Shown piece after piece: positions 26,289 through 42,072 of a stretch of 64,000 nucleotides of DNA. Numbering within the stretch: the first letter of the stretch is position 1; every line of letters begins with the position of its first letter. The position numbers and the translations under genes are program-made. The notes under the pieces were generated by a model. The model saw only the letters and a program-made list of their open reading frames with translations, searched no databases and was not told the origin of the DNA. Origin of the DNA: Octopus sinensis (taxonomy: Eukaryota); the NCBI RefSeq assembly GCF_006345805.1, contig NC_042998.1:141050001-141114000 (forward strand), written 5' to 3'.

Positions 26289-26754
26289 TGTGTGTGTGTG
26301 TGTGTGTATTACCGAAATATTAGCGTCAAGCGGTATTTAGGCAAAAGTAATATTTTGGTTAGTTAGAATATGTTTGTGACATATTTCAACTGCTAAATGG
26401 CAAATTCACTGCAATTACGGTAGAGAAAAATACTCTCTTATAGTAAAAAGGTGTGAAAACATCCTATCTGTTCAGTGTTGTTCTCTAACAGGATTCCCAG
26501 ACATCGATGTTTTTAGCTCGTTAGCTTTTAACAATGGGAAGTACCTAAAAGAGGCAACTCTGAGCAGACCTCATAAAACGATAGGTTTATATGAAATACA
26601 GTCAACAACGTTGACTGATTTGCGTAGGTAGATCGTCAGTTCGTGGAAACTACCGAAATATTAGCGCCAAGCAGTGTTTAGACATAAGCAAAATTTAGGT
26701 AAGTTACAATGTTTGACATATTTCAATTGCTAAAAAGCAAATTCACTGCAGTTA

Positions 26755-26790
<36 letters not shown>

Positions 26791-26956
26791 CTATAATTAT
26801 ATACATAATTATAACAAACATAAAGTTTTTTATTTCCTGCATGGTTACCTGGTAAAATCATTATTGATTTTACCCTCTATTATTATTAAAATATATTTGA
26901 ATATACATACATACATACATACATACATACATACATACATACATACATACATACAT

Positions 26957-26990
<34 letters not shown>

Positions 26991-27147
26991 TAATATATAT
27001 ATATATATAAATTATTTTATAATTATATACATAATTATAACAAACCAAAACGGTTTTTATTTCTGCATGGTTACCTGAATCATTATTGATTTTACCCTCT
27101 ATTATTATTAAAATAATATTTGAATAAACATACATACATACATCATA

Positions 27148-27183
<36 letters not shown>

Positions 27184-27269
27184 TATATAGATACTAGTAC
27201 TGTCATGCGTTACACAATCATCAGGTTCATGTAGTGACAGTTCTGTTCCACACCTGACAACTGTATATG

Positions 27270-27302
<33 letters not shown>

Positions 27303-27875
27303 TCGGATGCTGATATCAATCCAGATGTTGGATGTTGCTATTAGTGTTCCGTTCATTACATTTTCATCATATTATTAATAGTTTTCCTTTATGTTTAAAG
27401 CGTTTCATTTGCCGCTATTGCTTCAGCTGTCGCCACTATGTAACCACAGGATAATCGTGACTAAGTAGATCCATGATCAATGCCTTCCTTCACGGGCGAC
27501 CACCTGGTCTTCTTTTCAGCAATAACGTATTAAACTCATTAAACTAGTTATTGATAATTAAATGTCGGCCTTCGCTAAATACGGCCTTTCGAACATGACT
27601 ATTTTCTCCTTTTTTCTGACATTGCGTGGCTGGGACTACACAACCATGTTCAAAGTATTTCTCAGCCTTTAAGATAGTAGCATGTGAGTTTAGATCTTGG
27701 TTACGATTTTAAACTCTATTCAGGAGTGGGGGACCTAGTTCCGGAGTTCAAGGTTTTTGAGGAGTGTGGAACCACGTCGTAGCCATTATTATTCCCAGGT
27801 CTACTCTGAACTGGACTAGTAGCACCTGTCAAGATCCCAGGCCTTGCCTAACTATGCATATGAAGACTATTTCCG

Positions 27876-28900
27876 ACGGACTCTGCACAAGAAACCTTCA
27901 TGGTTGAACAGAGGGGAAGGTGACTGCTATAACGCATTGTGATGTGCAGAGTGCAAGATGAGGCAAGTAAAACATTTTGGTCATCCACTGCATCCGTCTC
28001 GATCCTCAGTCACCCTTACCTGGTCTTGCCAACTGGAATGAAGATGGTCACTGACAAGAGAATGAGGAGGATACTGTGCAATTCTTTTCCACTTCAAACA
28101 AAGCCACCACGCAATTCATCGGTCATCCTTAAAGATGACTAGACGATCTTCATCTCTCCAACAGACGAACATAATATGTGTGCGTGTGTGTATGCGCGCG
28201 TGTTATGTGTGTGTGAGAGAGAGAGAGAGCTTGTGTGTGTGTGTGTGTCTTTGTGTCGGTGTGTCGTGTGTGCGTGTGTGTGCATATGCTTGTGTAATGA
28301 ACGTTATTCATCTCCAGTAATATTTACTATATGGATCGACGTACTAAAATAGTTTGACTGATTCAGTTTGGTGAATTACTAACTGATATTTGAAGAAACC
28401 CCAGGACAAAATCTAATTAAGTCACAACTGCAGGACTCTGCACAAGAAACCTTCATGGTTCAACGGAGAGGAAGGCGACTGCATCAACGCATTGTTCAGT
28501 GCAGAGAGCAAGATGAAGCAACTAAGACATTTTGGTCATCCACTGCATCCATCTCTATCCTCAGTCACTCTTACCCGGTCTTGCCAACAGGAAATGAAGA
28601 CGGTCACGGACTAGAGAGTGATGTTGGTGGCGCGCAACTCGTCTTCACTTTAAAGAAAGTCACCGCACAAGCCATCAGTCATGCTTAAGAATGGCTGGAT
28701 GGTCTTCATCACTCCAACGGACGAACATGTTGATATAAAGATTTGATTGTTCTTTCTAGCAGGTCGAGCGATTACGGTTAGGTGGGAACGCAGGACGCAC
28801 CATTCTTTACAAGGTCTCCGAGACCGGTAGGAGAAAGATATCCTAAAATCAAGACCTTGCGCGAATAATCGCAGTTGATTGATCACTGCTAAATGTATTC
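27876..28900 (-). mobile_element. Two diverged copies of a LINE (RTE-like) UTR fragment
   Basis: GGACTCTGCACAAGAAACCTTCATGGTT...TTTTGGTCATCCACTGCATCC repeated at 27876 and 28432; family assignment is inference. Confidence 0.45.
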
Positions 28901-29019
28901 AAGGCGCCAGGTTGGTGATGTTAAAGAGAACATGTAAAATCTAGGTGTTTTACCTTCACACTTGCACCGATCTTTTTCAGCCATGTTGGTAGTTGAGCGC
29001 TGATACTTCCATGTGCAGC

Positions 29020-29290
29020 AATTACTATTGGTATTATGTCTACTCTCTACATTAACCACGACCTTCGTACTTCCTACTTCAAATCGTCGTAGTTGTTCAG
29101 TTTTTTCTTATTTCTCTTTGATCATATTGTCACTGGGATATGCTCTGTCAATTATCATGCATGTTCTTTCGTTTTAATTCACCACAACAATATCTGGTTT
29201 CCGATTACTGGTCAGATGATCACACTGAATCATTGCATCTCAGGATTTTGCAACCTTCATTCTCGGTGACTCCTTCTGGGCTTTGCTCAT
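29020..29290 (-). mobile_element. R4/Dong-type LINE 3' fragment (RLE domain)
   Basis: PEGVTENEGCKIL..IQCDHL..NRKPDIVV motif. Confidence 0.75.
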
Positions 29291-29339
29291 TATTATTATT
29301 ATTGTAGTTGTTGTTGTTGTTGTTGTTGTTTCCTTTCGT

Positions 29340-30770
29340 TATAACTTTATTTCAGCTGCCTTAGTACCGGGCATCCTCCGGAGGCCAAGAGTAGCAAGGG
29401 CACTTTTGTTTTGCTATGCATGCTAAAATTATCACCACATTTATTCCATTTTAGATGGTGAGTACTTGCCGTAGTATATAGGCTGTACCCATCAAGGTTA
29501 TCTTTTGTAGTTCACGGAGATTGGAGTTAACAAAGAATCGCTTAATATACTTCTTAGCTCCCTTCTTTACCATTCTCAACGCACCAATTATTACTGGTAT
29601 TATCGTAGTACTAAACTTGCACATTCTTGTGATTTCAATTTGTAGATCTTTATAGTGAGAAAGCTTTTCATATTCCTTTCTTGAGACATTTTGATTTTGT
29701 TGGACAGACATATCTATTAACAGACAAGTTCCTCTGTTGTAGTGTTTGATCACAATGTTTGGTCCATTGGAATCAATTTTTCTGTCTGTTTGTAATGGGA
29801 GGTTCCAAAAGATTGTGACGCCGTCGCCATTTTTTCCTCATCCTCTGGATGGTGCGTGTACCACTTACTATGGTATTTAATTTTGTAGTATTTACAAGCA
29901 TTCCAGTGGATGCACAGCCCTAGTCTGTTATGTCTTATGAGGTACTCCTTTTCAGCGAGGACTGGGCAGCCAGAAACAATATGATCAATTGTCTCTGTAA
30001 ATTTTCCGCAAATTCTGCACGAGGGGTCAGATCCATCTTTAATGTGATTTTGGATGGTGCATTCGGTACCTTGTAAGGATTTTACGGATCTTCCCATCTA
30101 TATTCTACATGTCAGTGAAACTCCACTCAATGATGCCGAAGCTACATGTGGTTACTGGTATGGCCAAAGAATTAATCGCATCAAATCTGTTAGCAGCATT
30201 TAATTCTCAGTTTACGACTATTCTTACCTTTCGGTAGCATTCCTTATGGATTTTCTCTTTCATTTTAGAGTGCTGGATACCATCACCTTCATTGGTTCCC
30301 AGATATTTGTATATTTCGGATTCGTCTAGGTTTCGAATAGCTGTGGTAGTATCAAGTTCTATGTTTTCTACCTTTATGAACTTCCCTGACTTGAAAATAG
30401 CCTTTGCACATTTATCCAAGTCCTAATTCCATACCTATATCAGAGCTGAATTCTTTGACAATATTCAGGAGCTCTTCTAATTCTTTGTCATTTTTGGCAA
30501 ACAGTTTTAGATCATCCATATAGAGTAGATGATTAATTTTCTAGTCAAAGATCTTATACCTTTTCATAGCGTTATTCAGTTGCGTGAATAATGGGAACAG
30601 AGGGAGGCAGAATAGTAATGGTGAATAATGTGTTACCTTCAAAGATACCACAGGCGATATTGATGTCTGGCGAGGTGGTATATCCTTGTGTATGGTTTAA
30701 AATAAAGGTGGTTCTCAACGAATTCGTGATTACTTGCAAAAAGTTCACAATTGTTGGAGCTATCTTGTAA

Positions 30771-30775
<5 letters not shown>
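29340..30775 (-). mobile_element. R4/Dong-type LINE, 5'-truncated (RT + CCHC + RLE + 3' UTR)
   Basis: IYKYLG, CRICGKFTETIDHIVSGC..RHN, LIDMSV..EKLSHYKDL, LQKITLMGTAYILRQVL; several frameshifts. Confidence 0.9.
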
Positions 30776-30845
<70 letters not shown>

Positions 30846-30847
30846 GT

Positions 30848-32062
30848 TTTTTCCTTCTTTCTTCAAATTTTCTTCCGTTTCTCGCCGGGTGTTTTCCATA
30901 CACCTAGGGCAGAAAAGCTCATTGTATGTATTCCCAGATTACACACGCAAATTCACAGATAAAATATGTATTTAAAAATTAATAAATAAATAAATTCATG
31001 GATGGATGTTGTTTTCACAGCGATAATGCTCTTCTCAGTACATGAGCCGTTCCAGTTAATATGATTTTTTGCACTTCCTGGAATCATTTTCAAATAGGTT
31101 TCAGTGCCTTTTTTTCCCTAGAGATCCTACAATCACTGGTACTGTAGTCGCCTTGAGATGCCACATTTTTTCAATTTCTATTAGCAGTTCTTTATATTTA
31201 CTAATCTTGTCAAATTCTTTCGCCGCTATATTGTGATCGCAAGGGATACTCATGTCAATTAATAAACACATCTTTTATAATAATATCCGGTTTATTAGCT
31301 TTTATAGTCTTGTCGGTCTGTACGGGGAAGTCCCATAGAATCGACACATTTTCTCCCTCAGTCACAGCTTCAGGATGTGTTTTTATACCATTTGTCAGCG
31401 GTTTTGATTTTATAATACCGAGATATTGTCCAATGTAAATACTGGTCGACTCTGTCATGTCTTGCTTTATATTCTGCAGGTGCTAAGACTCTACACCCTG
31501 AGATTAGGTGGCATATTGTTTCAATCTCATCGTTACAGAATCGGCATTTTGGGTCAGCTCCATTTTTTATCACATTGGCTTGGTAGTTCCGGGTTAATAA
31601 GCTTTGGTCTTGAGCAGCTAATATGAAACCTCACTCTCTGCTTTTAGCCCTGAGCTTCGTAACCATTGCTGCGTGTGTTTCTGGTCGACATCAGCTTGTT
31701 TGCTACGGGCCACATACTTGCCATGGAGAGGTTTCTGTTCCCATCTGCTAGCTAAATTTTCATGTGCTTTCGTCTTTGCAATTAATTTTCTTTTCTTTGC
31801 AGCTGCAGTTGGCGCATCTCCTTAAGCCTGATCAATCTGGTAGGTATCTAAGAGATCAGCAGCGAATTTTTTGCTCTCTTTGAGAATAGAGTGAAGTATT
31901 TTCAGTCTTTCATGTTTTTCAACAAGTTTTAGTATCCAATCGTTGGTTGCTTCAAGGTATTTGGCCAATCCGATTGTGGTGGTTTTGTATGTAAGTTCAA
32001 GTTGGATCAAACCTCGACCTCCCTGAGCTCTGGGAAAGTAAAGGCGATCCACGTCTGCTTTG
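30848..32062 (-). mobile_element. R4/Dong-type LINE, 5'-truncated
   Basis: DRLYFPRAQGGRGL, CRFCNDEIETICHLISGC..RHD, ILWDFPVQTDKTIKANKPDII; (TAA)n tracts at both ends. Confidence 0.9.
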
Positions 32063-32073
32063 GATGGTGCATC

Positions 32074-32410
<337 letters not shown>

Positions 32411-32895
32411 TTATTGTTACTACTGCTTCTGTTGTTAATTTTGTTGTTGTCATCGATGCTGTTACCGGTGGTGGAGCCGCAGTTGCAATTATTGTTGTGA
32501 CAACTGTTGCTGTTCATATCATTGTTTCTGTTGACGCTGCTCTCGTTATTGTTGCTTGATCTCGTCGTTGTTGTTGTTACTGTTGCTGCTAATGTAGTTG
32601 TTATTGTTTCTTATTGTAGTCGATGCTACCTCTGCTGTTGTTGTTGTCGTTTTGTTGTTGTAATTGTTGCTACTGTTGATGGTAACAGAGGTGTTGTAAA
32701 AGGAAAGACGAAGTCTAAAGTGAACGTCGGAAGGAAGTGACTTTGGTTGGGATATTTCCAATTCCGATTGCAAAAGAGATAGATGTGGTGGTGGTGGTGG
32801 TGGGGAGAAAGAGAGAGAGAGAATGATAGAGAGACGGGAGGAAATAAATGGAGAAATAGGAAGAGAGAGAAACAGACAGGGCGAAAAGAGACCGA

Positions 32896-32968
<73 letters not shown>

Positions 32969-32978
32969 GGAGAGAGAG

Positions 32979-33049
<71 letters not shown>

Positions 33050-34959
33050 GAGAAAGAAAGAAAGAATGACAGAGAGAAGGAAGGAAAGAGACAGTGTAAC
33101 ACTGAAAAAACAGACAGAACGAAAAGAAAAGGGGCAGATGGGAAGAAAGAAAGAAAGAGAGAGAGAGAGAAAGTGATAGAGTGAAGGACTGAAAGAAATA
33201 GAGAGAGAGAGGGAGAGAGGGAAACAGAGAGAGAAAGAAAGAGAGACAGAAAAACAGATATTGCGAGAAACAAAGACAGGGAGACAGAGAGGAATTAGAT
33301 AGACTTGTCGAAGACACGCTTTAAAAACAAACTTACTGGTTCTTTTCTTTTACTTCTTTGGTTTTTTTTCTTTTTTCTTTGTTTTCTTTTTTTTTTGTTA
33401 TTGCACCAAGATTGGGTCACATCTCCAGTCTGAAGGAAATATAAACAGACATATCAATAACAGATACACAAGAACAGCAAAAAAAAACAACAAAAAACCC
33501 CCAGAAAGCAATAGCAACAACAGCGGCATCATCATCAACATCAACAACAGTAATAGCAGCAACTATAACAATAACAGCAACAACAACAACAGAAATGCAA
33601 TGCAGCAACAGCAACATCAACAAGAACAATAACGAAAATAATACAAACGTTACTAAAAAAAAAAATACAAAAAATTATATATAAAGGCGAACAACAAAAT
33701 AATCGGCTTTATTGTGAGATGTCAATAAACAACGACGGCGAAGACGAAACGAAGTAACCGACACAATAAGAAACAGAATAGAGCAAACAAGACAATAACA
33801 AAAAATGCGAAAAGAACGACAAACAACAACAACAAAAATATTTTAAATTTTGGTACAAGGCCAGCAATTTCGGGGAGGGAGTGAGTTGATAAAATCGATC
33901 CCGAAAGGATGAAATGCAAAGTCAGCCTCGGCGGAATTTGAACTCAGAACGTAAAGGCGGACGAAATGATGCTAAGCAATATACCCGGCGGCAAAATATT
34001 TTTTCCCACGAGAGTTCCGCACCCCAGTTATGAACTCACTTGCTTACAGCCAATCAGAACTCAACTATAAAACTAGTGTCCACCTAGTCACGAAAATACT
34101 CTGATTGCGTTGTAGCAAACTCTAACTGTTCTAAACGGGTTAAGAGGAGTGACAAATGTGAAATTTAGTGTATAAAGTCAATGAAGAGCTGCTTCACCCA
34201 TGAAGCCATAAATTTTACCAATTTGCGTAATTTACTGGAATATGTAAATGAATGTAGTTTCCTAATTTTTTGACTAATTTTGTACATTCCTAATTTAAGA
34301 TGTTGGTGTTGACCTGGAAACATCGTAAACAATATGGTGTTGTGTCGTTTTGCGCCCTCCTTGTATAAATCAGTGGGTACACGCAGCATCATAAATCTCA
34401 GTCTGAGCATAGGTACCTAATGTTAGCTAAGCTGGCAGAATCATTAGCACGCCGGGCGAAATGCTTTGTGGTATTTCGTCCGCCGCTGCGTTCTGAGTTC
34501 AAATTCCGCCCAGGCCGATTTTGCCTTTCATCCTTTCGGGGTCGATAAATTAAGTACCAGTTACGCACTGGGGTCGATGTAATCGACTTAATCCCTTTGT
34601 CTGTCTTTGTTTGTTCCCTCTATGTTTAGCCCCTTATGGGTAATAAAAAACAAATATAGAGATGGTGCTCTCATGGAAAAAAAAAATTCGTTGCCCGGCA
34701 TGCTAATGATTCTGCTAGACCGCCGCCTTAATAATAATCCTTTCTACTCTAGGCACAAGGCCCCAAATTTTGGGGAAGGGCTCTAGTCGATTGCGTAGGC
34801 CTCAGTGTTTCACTGGTACTTAATTTATCGACACCGAAAGGATGAAAAGCAAAGTCAGCCTCGGTGGAATTTGAACTCGAACGTAGCGACGGGTGAAATA
34901 CTACTAAGCATTTCGTCCAGCGTGCTAACGATTCTGCCAGCTAGCCGCATTGCCGCCTT

Positions 34960-35038
<79 letters not shown>

Positions 35039-35594
35039 ACAACAACAACAACAACAACAACAAACAACAACAACAACAACAACAACAATTAGAATGACGA
35101 CGGCAGCAGCGACGACGACGAATTTGATGATAATGATGATGATGATGATGATGATGATTTCTGTTATTTGCTCCGGGGGCATCAGATGAGGGAGGCATTA
35201 AAAGGACAGTTTACAGTTTGTGTGCGGAGTTTACATAAAAAAGATCAGAAGAAAGGTAGAGGAAGGAAGATGAGACAGAGTATACATATTATGCAAAATA
35301 TGTGAATATATAGATGATGCAATCTTGCTGACACAGAACCTCCAATTAGGTCCAGTCAGTGAATCCCACAGACCCAGGACCAACCTGACTACCAAAGTCA
35401 CAAGTCCTCCCCCAGCCGTTGTTCTTCAGTGACAGAAAGAGGGAAGGAAAAAAATGGAGAAACACAGAGAGAAAAACAGACAGAGCAAAAAGGGAACAGG
35501 GGATATAGAGAGAAAGGATATATATATGTGTGCTTTATTTAATTTGTTTTTGCGGGAGCAACAGTTTTATCGGAAGCGTATATTGTTGTTAAAT

Positions 35595-35772
35595 GCTCGA
35601 AATACGAGACTAGAAAAATAGCCAACAACTGATGAAGGGTCGTTCTTTATGTTGTTTGTTTTGTCTTCTATTTGTGTCTTTCGTTGTTCGAAAAAATAGT
35701 TCATGTTCCATGTACTCGTGCTTCGAACTTTTTTGTTATACACGCTTCGTGACGTCCTGTGCCCACATATGC
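35595..35772 (+). mobile_element. Solo arm of the palindromic MITE at 33-413
   Basis: AGCCAACAACTGATGAAGGGTCGTTCTTTATG...GTGACGTCCTGTGCCCA matches 260-405. Confidence 0.7.
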
Positions 35773-36019
35773 ACATTTATATATACGTATAGATGTAAGT
35801 ATGCACATATACGTATGGATATATGCATATATACATTATTTATATTATCATATGATTGAACGCCACGCATCCTCTTCCAAGTAAGTTTTATCCTAATAAT
35901 TCTGATGCGCACTCTATACGATCTTTTTACTCTTTCGTGTTTCTCTCTCTTATTCTTTTACCTCCCCTTCTCCCACTATTCTATCCTATTACTCTGTCAC
36001 TCTCATTCTCTCTCTCACT

Positions 36020-37300
36020 CCTCTTCCCTTGCTCACGTGGCTCCCACATGACCATCGGCCATTTTTTTTTCTTTCTCTCCGTTGTAGCTGGAACAAGGAA
36101 GACGTGGTCTTGTTTGTCTCCTGTCCTAGCTTGATTTACGCGTTCGCCACCACAACCTCGTTTAGGCTTAGCACTTTCTTCTCCAAGCGGAGCTTAAGAA
36201 AGTCGATGAGCGCTTAACCGATGAAGAACGTGCCTGCCCTCAAATCCTGTCAACCTATCCACCACACAACCTCTTTCGCCATCGCCACTAGATAACTGAA
36301 TATCACCTAGTCATAACCTCGTTCCATTGCTCATCCACCTGGAGGTCCAGACTAAACCAGACCCTGAGCAATTTAACCGGTCTGTCTGTCCATTGACCTA
36401 AAAGAACAACTGGTACTCCGTCGGTTACGACGACGAGGGTCCCAGTTGATCCCATCAACAGAACGGCACGCTCGTGAAATTAACGTACAAAGTGGCTGAG
36501 CACTCCACAGACACGTGTACCCTTAATGTAGTTCTCAGGGGAGATTCAGCATGACACAGAATGTGACAAGGCTGGTCCTTTGAAACACAGGTACTACTCA
36601 TTTTTGCCAGCTGAATGGACTGGAGCAACGAGAATTAAGCATCTCGCACAAGGACGCAACACGCCGCTGGGCATCGAACTCACGACTTTACGATCGTGAG
36701 CCGAATACCTCTAACCACTAAGCCATGCGCCTTTTCCATCGGCCTATTATGCTGTTCGATGACATAGACTTACTTGCCTCTCCAGGTATCGTGTCCGAAT
36801 GTATCTTGCTCCTGCTGTCACCTAGAATTTCTTTACGATAGAACTGAAGACTTGCAATGGTGTTTAACACCATTGAAGTAATGTCATCCGCATACACCGA
36901 CACAGCTCTCTCGCATCCCAGCTCGAAAGGGATGCCGCTCAAGACTTGTAACTTTCGCAGCAATGGCTCGAGAGCCAGGACGTGTAGAAGAGATGAGAGA
37001 AGACACCCCTGATAGACTGGGTGCACGATATGAAACAGTTTTGAGAGGTCACAGCTTACTTTGACCATCGAGAAAGCACCGCTGTGCCTTACTGTGATCC
37101 AGCCTCTCATAAATGTTTTCAAAATCGGCTGCTTCTATGACTGAGGACAAGCAGCGATGTTCGATTTTATTTAAAGCTTTCGGCTAATCGAAATTGATCA
37201 GGGCTCTTCACCAACGCCTGATTTGCGACCCGCTCCCCCTACAATGTATCATATGAGGTGGAGGTTGTCGTAGATAGGGAAGAAGCAAGGGGAATTCATT
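36020..37300 (-). mobile_element. Tx1/L1-clade LINE remnant with internal deletion
   Basis: ALINFD..KA, QGCLLSSLLHVLALEPLLRKL, VYADDIT; 3' end resembles 62820-62960. Confidence 0.75.
36410..36728 (-). mobile_element. tRNA-headed SINE inserted in the Tx1 remnant
   Basis: Minus strand TGGCTTAGTGGTTAGAGG..GAGTTCGATGCC head. Confidence 0.75.
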
Positions 37301-37754
37301 TTCATAAGTTCCACGTACGCTATTGTTCTTGATGTTGTTGTTACTGCTGCTGCTGTTGCTGTTGTTGTTGTTGTTGTTTTTACTGCTGCTGCTGCTGCTG
37401 CTACTACTACTACAGCAGTCACTGTCTTGTTCAACTTGGCTGTTCTGTCTTGCGGATATCCCGCTGTTCTTTTCAGCAGGCGGTCGGTTTTCGTTCGCCA
37501 TCTTTGATTTTAGCGAGAAAAAAAGGACGTTTTAACCCAAAGAAATTCCAAAATAGCCCCCAAGGGCTATAAATGAGAAAGAATTAACCAATTCCCCAGG
37601 GTCTTGGTTTGTTTAAATAAGTAACAATAACAAATGTACAATGTAAAACACTGTATAACAATATGAATAATAGTAAAATGTACGCAGCGAAGTGCGACAG
37701 GAGTCGATAGACGAACAACGACTACAACAACAACAATTATCATCATCATCATCA

Positions 37755-38365
<611 letters not shown>

Positions 38366-39214
38366 AATAATAATAATAATAATAATACTTTCTACAATAG
38401 GCACAAAGCCTGAAATTGGCGGGAAGAGGGATTACTCAATTTCTTCGAACCAGTGTTTCACTGGTAATTAATCCATCGATCCTTGGAAGGATGAAAGACA
38501 AAGTTGACCTCGGCGGAATTTGAACTTAGAATGTAAAGACGGACGAACTATCGCTAAGCATGTTGCTCGGCGTGCTAACGATTCTGCCAGCTCGCCGCCT
38601 TTTATACTACAGCAATAACAACAACAGCAACAATCAAAACAGCGATAGTGAAACTTCAATCGAACGATAAGTTACAAGAGAAATCTACTTTAATATTGAA
38701 ACGTCAATAATAATCAACGAAATAAGAACAACTGAAACACCAGATGAAAAACAAAACAGATAAAAAAACAATACTAACAAAGAAATAAGTCAAACAACAA
38801 AGAAACAAAGAAAATAACTTTAAAAAAAAGACGACTGTAATAACAATAACAAGAACAATAAGCAACAAACAAGGAACTGAAATAAGAGCTGTAATAACAC
38901 AAACCACATATATGAACGAAAGAAATAACAACAGTAATAACAACATATACAAGAATAATTACAACACAGAAAGTAACAACTACAATAACAACAATACAGA
39001 CAACGGACAACAATAACAACAACATCATCATCATCAGCAGCAGCAGCAGCAATAGCGGCAGCAGCGATTATAAGAACAGCACAAAACGATGAAAAAAAAA
39101 ATCTGTTTTTGTTGTATATAAGAGACTTCAATAAGAATTAAATATTCTCTTTCTGAAAGATAAATAGAAAAAGAAGAAAAAAAAATTAATAAACAGACAT
39201 AAAAATGAGAGAGA

Positions 39215-39589
39215 TGCTACTAATACTACTACTACGACGACGACGACGAGAACGACGAAGATCACCACCACCACTACCACCACCACCACCACCACCACCA
39301 CCACCACCACTACCACTACCACCACCACCACCACCACCTCCACCACTACCACTACCACCACCACTATCACCACCACCACTACCACTACCACCACCACCAC
39401 CACCACTACCACCACCACCACCACCACCACCACCACTACAACCACCACCACCACCACTACCACTACCACCACCACTATCACCACCACCACCACTATCACC
39501 ACCACCACCACCACCACCACTATCACCACCACCACCACCACCGCCGCTACCGCCGCCGCCACAACTGCTGCTGCTGCTGCTGCTGCTAT

Positions 39590-39663
<74 letters not shown>

Positions 39664-39724
39664 TTGTTGCAGTTGCAGCTGCTACTGTTATTGCCGTTGC
39701 TGCTACGGCTGCTGCTGCTGCATC

Positions 39725-39760
<36 letters not shown>

Positions 39761-40110
39761 CACCACCACCACAACCACTACTACTGCTACTACTGGTGCT
39801 GCTACTTCTGATGAAGATGATGATGATGATGATGATGAGGAGGAGGAGGAGGAGGAGAAAGCGGAGGTGGAGGAAGCGGAAGAGGGGGAGTAGGAATGGG
39901 TAACGATGATAGTGATGAAGAAGATGACGATGACAACAACGACGACGTTGATGATTAAGATGATGATGATTAAAAGGATGATGATAATGATGATGATGAC
40001 GATGAATGATGATGATCATCATGACGACGACGACGACGATGATGACAATGATGGTGATGATGATGACGACTGCGACGACGGCGACGATGATGACGACGAT
40101 GATGATTTCA
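39215..40110. repeat. Compound trinucleotide block (ACC-ACT-GCT-GAT)
   Basis: Direct reading. Confidence 0.95.
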
Positions 40111-40330
40111 TTCCAGAGACGTAAGACTTTGCGAAAAGCCATGATTTCGTAAGTGCCAACTGTAGCAATATGTGAAATGTCTCTTGACAGGTGATCATCT
40201 ATCGTAAAAGTAACAGAGATGTAATTCTCAAGAATTGCCTCTGAATAATCTTTGTCTGAGCTGAATTGTTCGATCTTCGTTCTTCTGTTGGGTTGTATGA
40301 GGTTTTGTGACCTGTCGGCACACATCTCTC
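40110..40330 (-). mobile_element. RTE-like LINE RT fragment
   Basis: YISVTFTIDDHLSRDI..AFRKVLRLW resembles the YLGS.I..DG...EI..RI..A..F..L..W RT/thumb region. Confidence 0.5.
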
Positions 40331-40658
40331 ACTGCAACAGCCTATCAAGCCAAGCGTTGATTATCTCTGTACATGGCTATCCAACTTACTAGAGATAGCC
40401 ACTAAATATCCCTCAAATTATGCACGATCGTCTTTAAAATAGAACAAATGGGTAATGTGTACACACTTGTGTTTGTGACGTGTGTGTGTGTGTGTGTGTT
40501 CATATTTATTAATCGCGAAGCTTTGGGTTGTGAACATCCCGTCTTAATGTGATTTAAAGGAGATTGGCTGCTATTTCTAGCATGTTGAATTACCATGTTG
40601 AAATTGTCTCACTGGTTCGTATGTATGAATGTATTAGGTTTGACTTCATTATCACTAC

Positions 40659-40705
<47 letters not shown>

Positions 40706-40756
40706 TACATACATACATACATACATACATACATGTGTGTGTGTGTGTGTGTGTGC

Positions 40757-41375
40757 ACTAGCTGAATAGCCCGTCGTTGCCAGGCAATTTTTACTATTGA
40801 ATATCTTATATAAATTTTTTATTTATTCCTTGTCAGAGCATGCCTTCCCCGACAGAGAGGCCTCTTAAGCAGGACAGATTTATGCAATTTTTCGCCAAAA
40901 ATCTTCGTTGAGGATTTTTTTCCTGCTTCAATTATTTACATGTCTGTTCGACCGTTTCACATAATTTTATTCTTTAAAACTTCAGATGTTCTTACAACTT
41001 TGGTCGTCATAATGCTTTGCTTTCGTTTGTTTAATAAAACTTCCTCCTCCTAATGATTTTGCTTTCATTTTATGAGAGACAGCTATCATGCAGAAAATGT
41101 CAGCTTCCCAATTCTGTTTTCTGATTTGGTGAAATTGATTAAACTTTAAACATCAGGAACATTTTTGTGCAACTTTTCTGGAACAAATAAATAACAAAGT
41201 AGGATTTAACGTGGAAAATTATTTCAATATACCAAATTTGGAAATGACGAAATTTTAAAATCACACAATATGTGACAGCAACAGGGAAGACTCTATAAAA
41301 GTAGAGAAACAGACACACACACACATTTACAAAGGTAAATCAGGTAATCACGAGTTTAAAATGACGTGTACTAGT
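40757..41375 (-). mobile_element. Non-autonomous Helitron-like element
   Basis: ACTAGC..CCCGTCGTTGCCAGG is the reverse complement of a hairpin+CTAG 3' end; the 5' boundary is a guess. Confidence 0.45.
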
Positions 41376-41391
41376 CATATGTATGTATGTG

Positions 41392-41423
<32 letters not shown>

Positions 41424-41560
41424 TGTATGTATGTATGTATGTATGCATGCATGTATGTGGTTGTGTGCGTGTGAGTCTGTGTGTGAGTGTTTCTTTGCGA
41501 TTGACAGCAGAAAAGCCACCTACCCCTCTCTCCTTAAAGCTAAGAATTCCTTAAACCCAC

Positions 41561-41619
<59 letters not shown>

Positions 41620-41915
41620 CTTGTGTGTTGCATATGACAGCTGTATTAACGTTAACATCCCATTGCTACTGCTATTCTCACCTTCACTGATATAAGCCAC
41701 CCTCTCTCTGTTGCTACTTTTCTCTCCGACTAATACTTTTTGCAACCTTCTCATTTTATCATACAATTAGCCCAAAGGGGCACATTACAGATTTTTATTG
41801 AAATCTAATTAGCCTATTATTGAAATGGATGTTAGTGTCACATGTATGCGAAGTTTCGTGAATATTGGTTAGCTGGTTTAGGCACTAAGATGGTAACAGA
41901 CAGACATAAATTGCC

Positions 41916-41989
<74 letters not shown>

Positions 41990-42007
41990 TTTTCTATCTA
42001 TCTATCT

Positions 42008-42072
<65 letters not shown>

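Noticed and set aside
35300-35416. Minus-strand exon candidate NNGWGRTCDFGSQ after a long pyrimidine tract
   Set aside because: The tract is a low-complexity (GA)-rich repeat, the donor is weak, and there is no independent support.
35595-35645. Type II hammerhead reading (CTCGAAA..CTGATGAAG) in the palindromic MITE arm
   Set aside because: No credible stem I or III or NUH triplet in any of the three arm copies.
36060-36200. Strong plus-strand splice acceptor
   Set aside because: The pyrimidine tract is the reverse complement of the A-rich 3' end of a Tx1 LINE.
39186-40325. 379-aa minus ORF with a protein-like N-terminus
   Set aside because: The N-terminus is an RTE RT remnant and the remainder is trinucleotide repeat.
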